Shown here piece by piece: positions 44,521 to 59,700 of a stretch of DNA of 64,000 bases. The DNA lies in the NCBI RefSeq assembly GCF_009914755.1, contig NC_060933.1. One strand, written 5' to 3'. Source of the stretch: the human T2T-CHM13v2.0 reference genome, Homo sapiens. The position numbers and the translations under genes were made by a program. Position 1 is the stretch's first letter, and each line of letters starts with the position of its first letter. The notes under the pieces were generated by a model. The model did not search any database. It was not told where the DNA came from and worked only from the letters and a program-made list of their open reading frames with translations.

Positions 44521-47500
44521 ATTCCATTCCATTCCATTCCATTCCATTCCGTTCCGTTCCGTTCCATTCCATTCCATTCCATTCTATTCGGGTTAATTCC
44601 ATTCCATTCCATTCGATTGCAATCGAGTTGATTCCATTCCATTCCATTCCATTCCATTCCTTTCCTTTCCATTACGGATGATTCCATTCCATTGCATTCC
44701 ATTCCATTCCATTCCCCTGTACTCGGGTTGATTCCATTCCATTCCATTCCAATCCATGCCATTCCACTCGTGTTGATTCCATTCTTTCCATTCCATTCAA
44801 GTTGAATCCATTCCATTGCATTCCATTCCATTCGATTCCATTCGATTGCACTCGGGTTGATTCCATTCCATTGCATTCCATTCCATCCCATTTCATTCCA
44901 TTCCATTCCTTTCCATTCCATTCCATTCCATTCCATGCGATTGCAATCGAGTTGATTCCATTCCATTCGTTTCCATTCCATTCCATTGCCTTGCATTCCA
45001 CTCGGGTTGATTCCATTCCCTTCTTTCCACTCCATTACATTCCCTTCCATTCCACTCGGAATGATTGATTCCATTCCATTCCATTCCATTTCATTCCATT
45101 GCAATCCATTCCAATCCATTCCATTATATTCCATTCCACTCGAGTTGATTTCATTCCATTCCTTTCCATTCCATTCCATTCCTTTCCACTCGAGTTGATT
45201 CCATTCCATTCCATTCCTTTGCATTCCATTCCATGCCATTCCACTCGGGTTGATTCCATTCCATTCCATTCCATTCCATTCCATTCCATTCCATTGCATT
45301 CCATTCCATTCCTTTCCCCTGCACTCGGGTTGATTTCATTCCTTTCCATTCCATTTAATTCCATTCCATTCCATTCCATTCCATTCCAATCCGTTCCATT
45401 CCATTCCATTCTATTCCACTGCAATCGACTTGATTCCATTCCATTCCATTCTATTCCATTCCATTCCATTCCATTCCATTCCATTTTGTTCCAATCCATT
45501 CTATTCCGAACTATTCCATTCCATTCCATTCCATTCCATTGCATTCCATTCCATGCCATTCCACTCGGGTTGATTCCATTCCATTCCATTCCATTCGATT
45601 CCATTCCATTCCATTCCATTCCGTTCCATTCCATTTCATTACATTCGGATTGATTCTATTCAATTCCCTTACACTCCATTACATTCCATTCCATTCGGGT
45701 AGTTTCCATTCCATTCCATTCCATTCCTCTCCATTCCATTGCACTCGGTTTGATGCCATTCCATTGCATTCCATTCCATTCCATTCAATTCCATTCCGTT
45801 CCATTCCATTCCATTCCATTCGATTCCATTCCATTCCATTCCATTCCGTTCCATTCCATTTCATTACATTCAGATTGATTCTATTCAATTCCCTAACACT
45901 CCATTATATTCCAATCCATTCTGGTTGTTTCCATTCCATTCCATTCCATTTCACTCCATTCCATTGCACTCGGTTTGATTCCATTCCATTCCATTCCATT
46001 CCATTCCGGATGATTCCATTCCATTGGATTCCATTCCATTCCATTCCCCTGCACTCAGGTTGATTCCATTCCATTCCATTCCACTCCATTCGGTTCCGTT
46101 CCATTCCATTCTATTGCATTCCATTCTATTCGGGTTAATTCCATTCCATTCTATTCCATTCCATTCCATTCCATTCCATTCCATTGCAATGGAGTTGATT
46201 CCATTCCATTCCATTCCATTCCGGATGATTCCATTCCATTGCATTCCATTCCATTCCATTCCCCTGCACTCGTGTTGATTCCATTACCTTCTATTCCATT
46301 CCATTCCGTTCCATTCCATTGCATTCCATTCTATTGCAATCGAGTTGATTCCATTCCATTCCTTTCCATCCCATTCCATTGCCTTGCATTCCAATCGGGT
46401 TGATTCCATTCCCTTCTTTCCACTCCATTACATTCCCTTCCATTCCACTCGGAATGATTGATTCCATTCCATTCCATTCCATTTCATTCCATTGCAATCC
46501 ATTCCAATCCATTTCATTCCATTCCACTCGAGTTGATTTCATTCCATTCCTTTCCATTCCATTCCATTCCTTTCCACTCGAGTTGATTCCATTCCATTCC
46601 ATTCCATTGCATTCTATTCCATGCCATTCCACTCGGGTTGATTCCATTCCTTTGCATTCCATTCCATTCCATTCCATTCCATTCCATTCCATTCCATTCC
46701 GTTGCATTCCATTCCATTACATTCCGATTGATTCTATTCAACTCCCTTACTCTCCATTACATTCCATTCCATTCGGGTTGTTCCATTCCATTCCATTCCA
46801 TTCCACTCCATTCCATTGCACTCGGGTTGATTCCATTCCATTCCATTCCATTCCATTCCATTCCATTCCGGATGATTCCATTCCATTGCATTCCGTTCCA
46901 TTACATTCCCCTGCGCTCGCGTTGATTCCATTCCATTCCATTCCATTCCATTCAATTCCATTCCATTACAATTCGTTCCATTCCATTCTATTCCGTACCA
47001 TTCCATTCCATTCCATACCATTCCATTCCGTTCCATTCCATTCCATTGCATTCCATTCCATTCCATTCCATTCCGTTCCATTCCATTCCATTCCATTCTA
47101 TTCAGGTTAATCCCATTCCATTCCATTCCATTCTATTCGGATTAATTCCATTCCATGCCATTCCATTCCGTTCTATTCCATTCCATTGCAATCGAGTTGA
47201 ATCCATTGCATTTCATTCCATTCCATTCCATTCCATTCCATTCAGGAAGTTTCCATTCCATTGTATTCCATTCCATTCCATTCAATTCCATTCCGTTCCA
47301 TTCCATTCCATTACATTCGGATTGATTCTATTCAACTCCCTTAGTCTCCATTACATTCCATTCCATTCGGGTTGTTCCATTCCATTCCATTCCATTCCAC
47401 TCCATTCCATTGCACTCGGGTTTATTCCATACCATTCCATTCCATTCCATTCCATTCCATTCCATTCCGGAAGATTCCTTTCCATTTCATTCCATTCCAT

Positions 47501-50500
47501 TCCATTCCCCTGCACTCGCGTTGATTCCATTCCATTCCATTCCATTCCATTCCATTCCGTTCCGTTCCATTCCATTCCATTCCATTCCATTCCATTCCAT
47601 TCCGTTCCGTTCCATTCCATTCCATTCCATTCCGTTCCATTCCATTCCATTACATTCGGATTGATTCTATTCAATTCTCTTACACTCCATTACATTCCAT
47701 TCCATTCGGGTAGTTTCCATTCCATTCCATTCCATTCCTCTCCATTCCATTGCACTCGGGTTGATGCCATTCCATTGCATTCCATTCCATTCCATTCAAT
47801 TCCATTCCGTTCCATTCCATTCCATTACATTCGGATTGATTCTATTCAACTCCCTAACTCTCCATTACATTCCATTCCATTCGGGTTGTTCCATTCCACT
47901 CCATTCCATTCCACTCCATTCCATTGCACTCGGGTTGATTCCATTCCATTCCATTCCATTCCATTCCATTCCGGAAGATTCCATTCCATTGCATTCCATT
48001 CCATTCCATTCCCCTGCACTCGCGTTGATTCCATTCCATTCCATTCTATTCCATTCCATTCCCTTCCTTTCCGTTCCATTCCATTCCCTTCCTTTCCATT
48101 CCGTTCCGTTCCATTCCATTCCATTCCATTCTATTCGGGTTAATTCCATTCCATTCCATTCGACTGCAATGGAGTTGATTCCATTCCATTCCATTCCATT
48201 CCATTCCATTCCCTTCCTTTCCATTCCATTACGGATGATTCCATTCCATTGCATTCCATTCCATTCCATTCCCCTGTACTCAGGTTGATTCCATTCCATT
48301 CCATTCCAATCCATGCCCTTCCACTCGTGTTGATTTCATTCTTTCCATTCCATTCTAGTTGAATCCATTCCATTGCATTCCATTCCATTCGATTCCATTC
48401 GATTACACTCGGGTTGATTCCATTCCATTGCATTCCATTCCATTCCATTCCATTCCATTCCATTCCATTCCGTTCCATTCCATTCCATTACATTCGGATT
48501 GATTCTATTCAACTCCCTTACTCTCCATTACATTCGATTGCATTCGGGTTGTTCCATTCCATTCCATTCCATTCCACTCCATTCCATTGCACTCGGGATG
48601 ATTCCATTACATTCCATTCCATTCCGGAAGATTCCATTCCATCGCATTCCATTACATTCCATTCCCCTGCACTCGCGTTGATTCCATTCCTTTCCATTCC
48701 ATTCCATTCCATTCCATTCCGTTCCGTTCCATTCCATTCCATTCCATTCCATTCCGTTCCGTTCCATTCCATTCCATTCCATTCTATTCGGGTTAATTCC
48801 ATTCCATTCCATTCCATTGCAATCGTGTTGATTCCATTCCATTCCATTCCATTCCATTCCATTCCATTCAATTCCATTCCGTTCCATTCCATTCCATTAC
48901 ATTCGGATTGATTCTATTCAACTCCCTTACTCTCCATTACATTCCATTCCATTCGGGTTGTTCCATTCCATTCCATTCCATTCCACTACATTCCATTGCA
49001 CTCGGGTTTATTCCATTCCATTCCATTCCATTCCATTCCATTGCATTCCATTCCGGAAGATTCCATTCCATTGCATTCCATTCCATTCCATTCCCCTGCA
49101 CTCGCGTTGATTCCACTCCATTCCATTCCTTTCCATTTCATTCCATTCCATTCCATTCCTTTCCGTTCCATTCCATTCCATTACAATCGAGTTGATTCCA
49201 TTCCATTCCATTCCATTCCATTCCATTCCATTCCATTCCAGTCCTTTCAATTCCATTCCACTCGGGTTGATTCCATTCTATTAGTTTCCATTCCATTCCA
49301 TTCCCTTCCATTCCACTCTGGTTGATTCCATTCCTTTCCATTCCACTCGAATACATTCCCTCCTATTCCACTCGGAACGATTGCATTTCATTCCATTCCA
49401 TTCCATTCCATTCCATTCCAGTTCGTTCCATTCCATTCTATTCCGTACCATTCCATTCCATTCCTTTCCTTTCCATTCCATTCTTTTCCACTCGTGTTGA
49501 TTCCATTCCTTTCCATTCCATTCTGTTTGAAGGCATTCCATTCCATTCAATTCCATTCCATTCCATTCCATTCCATTCTATTCCATTCCATTGCAATCGA
49601 GTTGAATCCATTGCCTTTCATTCCATTCCATTCCATTCCATTCCATTCCGGAAGATTCCATTCCATTCCGTTCCATTCCATTCCATTCCCCTGCACTCGC
49701 GTTGATTCCATTCCATTCCATTCCATTCCATTCCGTTCCGTTCCATTCCATTCCATTCCATTCCATTCCATTCCGTTCCGTTCCATTCCATTCCATTCCA
49801 TTCTATTCGGGTTAATTCCTTTCCATTCCATTCGATTGCCATCGAGTTGATTCCATTCCATTCCATTCCATTCCATTCCATTCCATTCCATTCCATTCCT
49901 TTCCATTCCATTACGGATGACTCCATTCCATTGCATTCCATTCCATTGCATTCCCCTGTACTCGGGTTGATTCCATTCCATTCCATTCCACTCCATTCGG
50001 TTCCGTTGCATTCCATTCTATTGCATTCCATTCCATTACATTCGGATTGATTCTTTTCAACTCCCTTACTCTCCATTACATTCCATTCCATTCGGGTTGT
50101 TGCATTCAATTCCATTCCATTCCACTCCATTCCATTGCACTCGGGTTGATTCCATTCCATTCCATTCCATTCCATTCCGGATGATTCCATTCCATTGCAT
50201 TCCGTTCCATTACATTCCCCTGCACTCGGGTTGATTCCATTCCATTCCATTCCATTGCATTCGATTCCATTCCATTCCCCTGCACTCGCGTTGATTCCAT
50301 TCCATTCCATTCCATTCCATTCCATTCCATTCCTTTCCATTCCAGTCTTTTCCATTCCATTCCACTCGGGTTGATTCCATTCTATTAGTTTCCATTCCAT
50401 TCCATTCCCTTCCATTCCACTCTGGTTGATTCCATTCCTTTCCATTCCACTCGAATACATTCCCTCTTATTCCACTCGGAACGATTCCATTCCATTCCAT

Positions 50501-53500
50501 TCCATTCCATTTCGTTCCATTCCATTCTATTCCGTATCATTCCATTCCATTCCATTCCATTCCATTCCATTCCATTCCATTGTACTCGGGTTGATTCCAT
50601 TCCATTCCATTCCATTCCATTCCATTCAATTCCATTCCATTCCGTTGCATTCCATTCCATTACATTCGGATTGATTCTATTCAACTCCCTTTCTCTCCAT
50701 TACATTCCATTCCATTTGGGTTGTTCCATTCCATTCCATTCCATTCCACTCCATTCCATTGCACTCGGGTTGATTCCATTCCATTCCATTCCATTCCATT
50801 CCATTCCATTCCATTCCATTCCGGATGATTCCATTCCATTGCGTTCCGTTCCATTACATTCCCCTGCACTCGCGTTGATTCCATTCCATTCCATTCCATT
50901 CCATTCAATTCCATTCCATTACAATTCGTTCCATTCCATTCTATTCCGTACCATTCCATTCCATTCCATACCATTCCATTCCATTCCATTCCATTCCATT
51001 CCATTCCATTCCGTTCCATTCCGTTCCATTCCATTCCATTCCATTCTATTCGGGTTAATTCCATTCCATTCCATTCCATTCCATTCCATTCTATTGCATT
51101 CCATTGCAATCGAGTTGAATCAATTGCATTTCATTCCATTGCATTCCATTCCATTCCATTCCATTCCGGAACATTCCATTCCATTGCATTCCATTCCATT
51201 CCATTCCCCTGCACTTGCGTTGATTCCATTCCATTCCATTCCATTCCATTCCATCCATTCCGTTCCGTTCCGTTCCATTCCATTCCATTCCATTCCGTTC
51301 CGTTCCATTCCATTCCATTCCATTCTATTCGGGTTAATTCCATTCCATTCCATTCGATTGCAATCGAGTTGATTCCATTCCATTCCATTCCATTCCATTC
51401 CATTCCATTCCATTCCATTCCTTTCCATTCCATTACGGATGATTCCATTCCATTGCATTCCATTCCATTCCATTCCCCTGTACTCGGGTTGATTCCATTC
51501 CATTCCATTCCAATCCATGCCATTCCACTCGTGTTGATTCCATTCTTTCAATTCCATTCATGTTGAATCCATTCCATTGCATTCCATTCCATTCGATTCA
51601 ATTCGATTGCACTCGGGTTGATTCCATTCCATTGCTTTGCATTCCATTCAATTCCATTCCATTCCATTCCATTCCGTTCCATTCCATTCCATTACATTCG
51701 GATTGATTCTATTCAATTCCCTTACACTCCATTACATTCCATTCCATTCGGGTAGTTTCCATTCCATTCCATTCCATTCCTCTCCATTCCATTGCACTCG
51801 GGTTGATTCCATTCCATTGCATTCCATTCTATTCCATTCAATTCCATTCCGTTCCATTCCATTCCATTACATTCGGATTGATTCTATTCAACTCCCCTAC
51901 TCTCCATTACATTCGATTCCATTCGGGTTGTTCCATTCCATTCCATTCCATTCCACTCCATTCCATTGCACTCGGGTTGATTCCATTCCATTCCATTCCA
52001 TTCCATTCCATTCCATTCCATTCCATTCCGGAAGATTCCATTCCATTGTATTCCATTCCATTCCATTCCCCTGCACTCGCGTTGATTCCATTCCATTCCA
52101 TTCCATTCCATTCCATTCTATTCCATTCTTTTCCGTTCCATTCCATTCCATTCCATTCCATTCCAATCCATTCCATTCCGTTCCGTTCCGTTCCATTCCA
52201 TTCCATTCCATTCCATTCTATTCGGGTTAATTCCATTCCATTCCATTCGATTGCAATCGAGTTGATTCCATTCCATTCTATTCCATTCCATTCCATTCCT
52301 TTCCATTCCATTACGGATGATTCCATTCCATTGCATTCCATTCCATTCCATTCCCCTGTACTCGGGTTGATTCCATTCCATTCCATTCCAATCCATGCCA
52401 TTCCACTGGTGTTGATTCCATTCTTTCCATTCCATTCAAGTTGAATCCATTCCATTGCATTCCATTCCATTCCATTCCCCTGCAGTCAGGTTGATTCCAT
52501 TCCATTCCATTCCATTCCATTCCATTCCATTCCACTCCGTTCCGTTCCATTCCATTCCATTCCATTCTATTCGGGTTAATTCCATTCCATTCCATTCCAT
52601 TCCATTCCAATCGAGTTGATTCCATTCCATTCCATTCCATTCCACTCCATTCCAGTCCTTTCCATTCCATTCCACTCGGGTTGATTCCAATGTATTCCTT
52701 TCCATTCCATTCCATTCCATTGCAATCGAGTTGATTCCATTGCTTTGCATTCCATTCCATTCCATTCCATTCCGGATGATTCCATTCCATTGCATTCCAT
52801 TCCATTCTATTTCCCAGCACTCTGGTTGATTCCATTCCATTCCACTCCATTCCGTTCCATTCCATTCCATTCCAATGTATTCGGGTTAATTCCATTCCAT
52901 TCCATTCCATTCCATTCCATTCCATTCCATTACAATCGAGTTGATTCCATTCCATTCCATTCCATTCCAGTCCTTTCCATTCCATTCCACTCGGGTTGAT
53001 TCCATTCAATTAGTTTCCATTCCATTCCATTCCCTTCCATTCCACTCTGGTTGATACCATTCCTTTCCATTCCACTCGAATACATTCCCTCCTATTCCAC
53101 TCGGAACGATTCCATTCCATTCCATTCCATTCCATTCCATTCCATTCCATTCCATTCCATTCCATTTCGTTCCATTCCATTCTATTCCGTATCATTCCAT
53201 TCCATTCCATTTCATTCCATTCCATTCCATTCCATTGTACTCGGGTTGATTCAATTCCATTGCATTCCATTCCATTCCATTCCATTCCATTCCATTCCGT
53301 TGCATTCCATTCCATTACATTCGGATTGATTCTATTCAACTCCCTTACTCTCCATTACATTCCACTCCATTCGGGTTGTTCCATTCCATTCCATTCCATT
53401 CCACTCCATTCCATTGCACTCGGGTTCATTCCATTCCATTCCATTCCATTCCATTCCATTCCGGATGATTCCATTCCATTGCATTCCGTTCCATTACATT

Positions 53501-56500
53501 CCCCTGCACTCGCGTTGATTCCATTCCATTCCATTCCATTCCATTCAATTCCATTCCATTACAATTCGTTCCATTCCATTCTATTCCGTACCATTCCATT
53601 CCATTCCATACCATTCCATTCCATTCCGTTCCATTCCGTTCCATTCCATTCCATTCCATTCTATTCGGATTAATTCCATTCCATTCCATTCCATTCCATT
53701 CTATTCCATTCCATTGCAATCGAGTTGAATCCATTGCATTTCATTCAATCCATTCCATTCCATTCCATTCCGGAAGATTCCATTCCATTGCATTCCATTC
53801 CATTCCATTCCCCTGCACCCGCGTTGATTGCATTCCATTCCATTCCATTCCATTCCATCCGTTCCGTTCCATTCCATTCCATTCCATTCCATTCCGTTCC
53901 GTTCCATTCCATTCCATTCCATTCTATTCGGGTTAATTCCATTCCATTCCATTCGATTGCAATCGAGTTGATTCCATTCCATTCCATTCCTTTCCATTCC
54001 ATTACGGGTGATTCCATTCCATTGCATTCCATTCCATTCCATTCCCCTGTACTCGGGTTGATTCCATTCCATTCCATTCCAATCCATGCCATTCCACTCG
54101 TGTTGATTCCATTCTTTCCATTCCATTCAAGTTGAATCCATTCCATTTCATTCCATTCCATTCGATTCCATTCGATTGCACTCGGGTTGATTCCATTCCA
54201 TTGCATTCCATTCCATTCCACTCCATTCCATTCCGTTCCATTCCATTCCATTACATTCGTATTGATTCTATTCAATTCCCTTACACTCCATTACATTCCA
54301 TTCCATTCGGGTAGTTTCCATTCCATTCCATTCCATTCCTCTCCATTCCATTGCACTCGGGTTGATTCGATTCCATTGCATTCCATTCCATTCCATTCCG
54401 TTCCATTCCATTCGATTACATTCGGATTGATTCTATTCAACTCCCTTACTCTCCATTACATTCCACTCCATTCGTGTTGTTCCATTCCATTCCATTCCAT
54501 TCCACTCCATTCCATTGCACTCGTGTTGATTCCATTCCATTCCATTCCATTCCATTCCATTCCGGAAAATTCCATTCCATTGCATTCCATTCCATTCCAT
54601 TCCCCTGCACTCGCGTTGATTCCATTCCATTCCATTCTATTCCATTCCATTCCCTTCCTTTCCGTTCCATTCCATTCCATTCCATTCCATTCCATTCCGT
54701 TCCGTTCCATTCCATTCCATTCCATTCTATTCGGGTTAATTAGATTCCATTCCATTCGATTGCAATCGAGTTGATTCCATTCCATTCCATTCCATTCCAT
54801 TCCATTCCATTCCATTCCATTCCATTCCTTTCCTTTCCATTCCATTCCACTCCATTCCATTCCGTTCCGATCCATTCCATTCCATTCCATTCTATTCGGG
54901 TTAATTCCATTCCATTCCATTCGATTGCAATCGAGTTGATTCCATTCCATTCCATTCCATTCCAGTGCTTTCCATTCCTTTCCATTCCATTACTGATGAT
55001 TCCATTCCATTCCATTCCATTCCATTCCATTCCCCTGTACTCGGGTTGATTCCATTCCATTCCATTCCAATCCATGCCATTCCACTCGTGTTGATTCCAT
55101 TCTTTCCTTTCCATTCAAGTTGAATCCATTCCATTGCATTCCATTCCATTTGATTCCATTCGATTGCACTCGGGTTGATTCCATTCCATTGCATTCCATT
55201 CCATTCCATTCCATTCGATTCCATTCCATTCCCTTCCATTCCCTTCCATTCCACTCTGGTTGATTCCATTCCTTTCCATTCCACTCGAATACATTCCCTC
55301 CTATTCCACTCGGAACGATTCCATTCCATTCCATTCCATTCCATTCCATTCCATTCCATTCCATTCCATTTTTTTCCATTCCATTCTATTCCGTATCATT
55401 CCATTCTATTCCATTCCATTCCATTGCCTTCCATTCCATTCCATTCCATTCCATTCCATTCCATTCCATTGTTCTCGGGTTGATTCCATTCCATCGCATT
55501 CCATTCCATTCCATTCCATTCCACTCAGTTGCATTCCATTCCATTACATTCGGATTGATTCTATTCAACTCCCTTACTCTCCATTACATTCCATTCCATT
55601 GGGGTAGTTCCATTCCATTCCATTCCATTCCACTCCATTCCATTGCACTCGGGTTGATTCCATTCCATTCCATTCCATTCCATTCCATTCCATTCCATTC
55701 CGGATAATTCCATTCCATTGCCTTCCGTTCCATTACATTCCCCTGCACTCGCGTTGATTCCATTCCATTCCATTCCATTCCATTCAATTCCATTCCATTA
55801 CAATTCGTTCCATTCCATTCTATTCCGTACCATTCCATTCCATTCCATACCATTCCATTCCATTCCGTTCCATTCCATTCCGTTCCATTCCGTTCCATTC
55901 CATTCCATTCCATTCTATTCCATTCCATTGCAATCGAGTTGAATCCATTGCATTTCATTCCATTCCATTCCATTCCATTCCGGAAGATTCCATTCCATTG
56001 CATTCCATTCCATTCCATTCCCCTGCACTCACGTTGATTCCATTCCATTCCATTCCATTCCATTCCGTTCGATTCCATTCCATTCCATTCCATTCCATTC
56101 CATTCCGTTCCGTTCCGTTCCATTCCATTCCATTCCATTCTAATCGGGTTAATTCCATTCCATTTCATTCGATTGCAATCGAGTTGATTCCATTCCATTC
56201 CATTCCATTCTATTCGGGTTAATTCCATTCCATTTCATTCGATTGCAATCGAGTTGATTCCATTCCATTCCATTCCATTCCATTCCATTCCATTCCATTC
56301 CATTCCTTTCCATTCCATTACGGATGATTCCATTCCATTGCATTCCATTCCATTCCATTCCCCTGTACTCAGGTTGATTCCATTCCATTCCATTCCAATC
56401 CATGCCATTCCACTCGTGTTGATTCCATTCTTTCCATTCCATTCAAGTTTAATCCATTCCATTGCATTCCATTCAATTCGATTCCATTCGATTGCACTCG

Positions 56501-56759
56501 GGTTGATTCCATTCCATTGCATTCCATTCCATTCCATTCCATTCCATTCCATTCCATTCCGTTCTATTCCATTCCTTTACATTCGGATTGATTCTATTCA
56601 ATTCCCTTGCACTCCATTACATTCCATTCCATTCGGGTAGTTTCCATTCCATTCCATTCCATTCCTCTCCATTCCATTGCACTCGGGTTGATTCCATTCC
56701 ATTGCATTCCATTCCATTCCATTCAATTCCATTCCGTTCCATTCCATTCCATTACATTC

Positions 56760-59700
56760 GGATTGATTCTATTCAACTCCTTTACTGTCCATTACATTCC
56801 ATTCCATTCGGGTTGTTCCATTCCATTCCATTCCATTCCACTCCATTCCATTGCACTCGGGTTGATTCCATTCCATTCCATTCCATTCCATTCCGGATGA
56901 TTCCATTCCATTGCATTCCGTTCCATTACATTCCCCTGCACTCGGGTTGATTCCATTCCATTCCATTCCATTGCATTCGATTCCATTCCATTCCCCTGCA
57001 CTCGCGTTGATTCCATTCCATTCCATTCCATTCCATTCCATTCCACTCCTTTCCATTCCAGTCTTTTCCATTCCATTCCACTCGGGTTGATTCCATTCTA
57101 TTAGTTTCCATTCCATTCCATTCCCTTCCATTCCACTCTGGTTGATTCCATTCCTTTCCATTCCACTCGAATACATTCCCTCTTATTCCACTCGGAACGA
57201 TTCCATTCCATTCCATTCCATTCCATTTCGTTCCATTCCATTCTATTCCGTATCATTCCATTCCATTCCATTCCATTCCATTCCATTCTATTCCATTCCA
57301 TTGTACTCGGGTTGATTCCATTCCATTGCATTCCATTCCATTCCATTCCATTCCATTCCATTCCGTTGCATTCCATTCCATTACATTCGGATTGATTCTA
57401 TTCAACTCCCTTACTCTCCATTACATTCCATTCCATTTGGGTTGTTCCATTCCATTCCATTCCATTCCACCCCATTCCATTGCACTCGGGTTGATTCCAT
57501 TCCATTCCATTCCATTCCATTCCATTCCATTCCATTCCATTCCATTCCGGATGATTCCATTCCATTGCATTCCGTTCCATTACATTCCCCTGCACTCGCG
57601 TTGATTCCATTCCATTCCATTCCATTCCATTCAATTCCATTCCATTACAACTCGTTCCATTCCATTCTATTCCGTAAAATTCCATTCCATTCCATACCAT
57701 TCCATTCCATTCCATTCCATTCCATTCCATTCCATTCCGTTCCATTCCGTTCCATTCCATTCCATTCCATTCTATTCGGGTTAATTCCATTACATTCCAT
57801 TCCATTCCATTCCATTCTATTCCATTCCATTGCAATCGAGTTGAATCAATTGCATTTCATTCCATTCCATTCCATTCCATTCCATTCCATTCCGGAACAT
57901 TCCATTCCATTGCATTCCATTCCATTCAATTCCCCTGCACTCGCGTTGATTCCATTCCATTCCATTCCATTCCATTCCATCCATTCCGATCCGTTCCGTT
58001 CCATTCCATTCCATTCCATTCCGTTCCGTTCCATTCCATTCCATTCCATTCTATTCGGGTTAATTCCATTCCATTACATTCGATTGCAATCGAGTTGATT
58101 CCATTCCATTCCATTCCATTCCATTCCATTCCATTCCTTTCCATTCCATTACGGATGATTCCATTCCATTGCATTCCATTCCATTCCATTCCCCTGTACT
58201 CGGGTTGATTCCATTCCATTCCATTCCAATCCATGCCATTCCACTCGTGTTGATTCCATTCTTTCCATTCCATTCATGTTGAATCCATTCCATTGCATTC
58301 CATTCCATTCGATTCCATTCGATTGCACTCGGGTTGATTCCATTCCATTGCATTGCATTCCATTCCATTCCATTCCATTCCATTCCATTCCGTTCCATTC
58401 CATTCCATTACATTCGGATTGATTCTATTCAATTCCCTTACACTCCATTACATTCCATTCCATTCGGGTAGTTTCCATTCCATTCCATTCCATTCCTCTC
58501 CATTCCATTACACTCGGGTTGATTCCATTCCATTGCATTCCATTCCATTCCATTCAATTCCATTCCGTTCCATTCCATTCCATTACATTCGGATTGATTC
58601 TATTCAACTCCCTTACTCTCCATTACATTCGATTCCATTCGGGTTGTTCCATTCCATTCCATTCCATTCCACTCCATTCCATTGCACTCGGGTTGATTCC
58701 ATTCCATTCCATTCCATTCCATTCCATTCCATTCCACTCAGTTGCATTCCATTCCATTACATTCGGATTGATTCTATTCAACTCCCTTACTCTCCATTAC
58801 ATTCCACTCCATTCGGGTTGTTCCATTCCATTCCGTTCCATTCCACTCCATTCCATTGCACTCGGGTTGATTCCATTCCATTCCATTCCATTCCATTCCA
58901 TTCCGGATGATTCCATTCCATTGCATTCCGTTCCATTACATTCCCCTGCACTCGCGTTGATTCCATTCCATTCCATTCCATTCCATTCTATTCCATTCCA
59001 TTACAATTCGTTCCATTCCATTCTATTCCGTACCATTCCATTCCATTCCATACCATTCCATTCCATTCCGTTCCATTCCGTTCCATTCCATTCCATTCCA
59101 TTCTATTCGGATTAATTCCATTCCATTCCATTCCATTCCATTCTATTCCATTCAATTGCAATCGAGTTGAATCCATTGCATTTCATTCAATCCATTCCAT
59201 TCCATTCCATTCAGGAAGATTCCATTCCATTGCATTCCATTCCATTCCATTCCCCTGCACTCGCGTTGATTCCATTCCATTCCATTCTATTCCATTCCAT
59301 TCCCTTCCTTTCCGTTCCATTCCATTCCATTCCATTCCATTCCGTTCCGTTCCATTCCATTCCATTCCATTCTATTCGGGTTAATTCCATTCCATTCCAT
59401 TCGATTGCAATCGAGTTGATTCCATTCCATTCCATTCCATTCCATTCCATTCCATTCCTTTCCTTTCCATTCCATTCCACTCCATTCCATTCCGTTCCGT
59501 TCCATTCCATTCCATTCCATTCTATTCGGGTTAATTCCATTCCATTCCATTCGATTGCAATCGAGTTGATTCCATTCCATTCCATTCCATTCCAGTGCTT
59601 TCCATTCCTTTCCATTCCATTACGGATGATTCCATTCCATTCCATTCCATTCCATTCCATTCCCCTGTGCTCGGGTTGATTCCATTCCATTCCATTCCAA

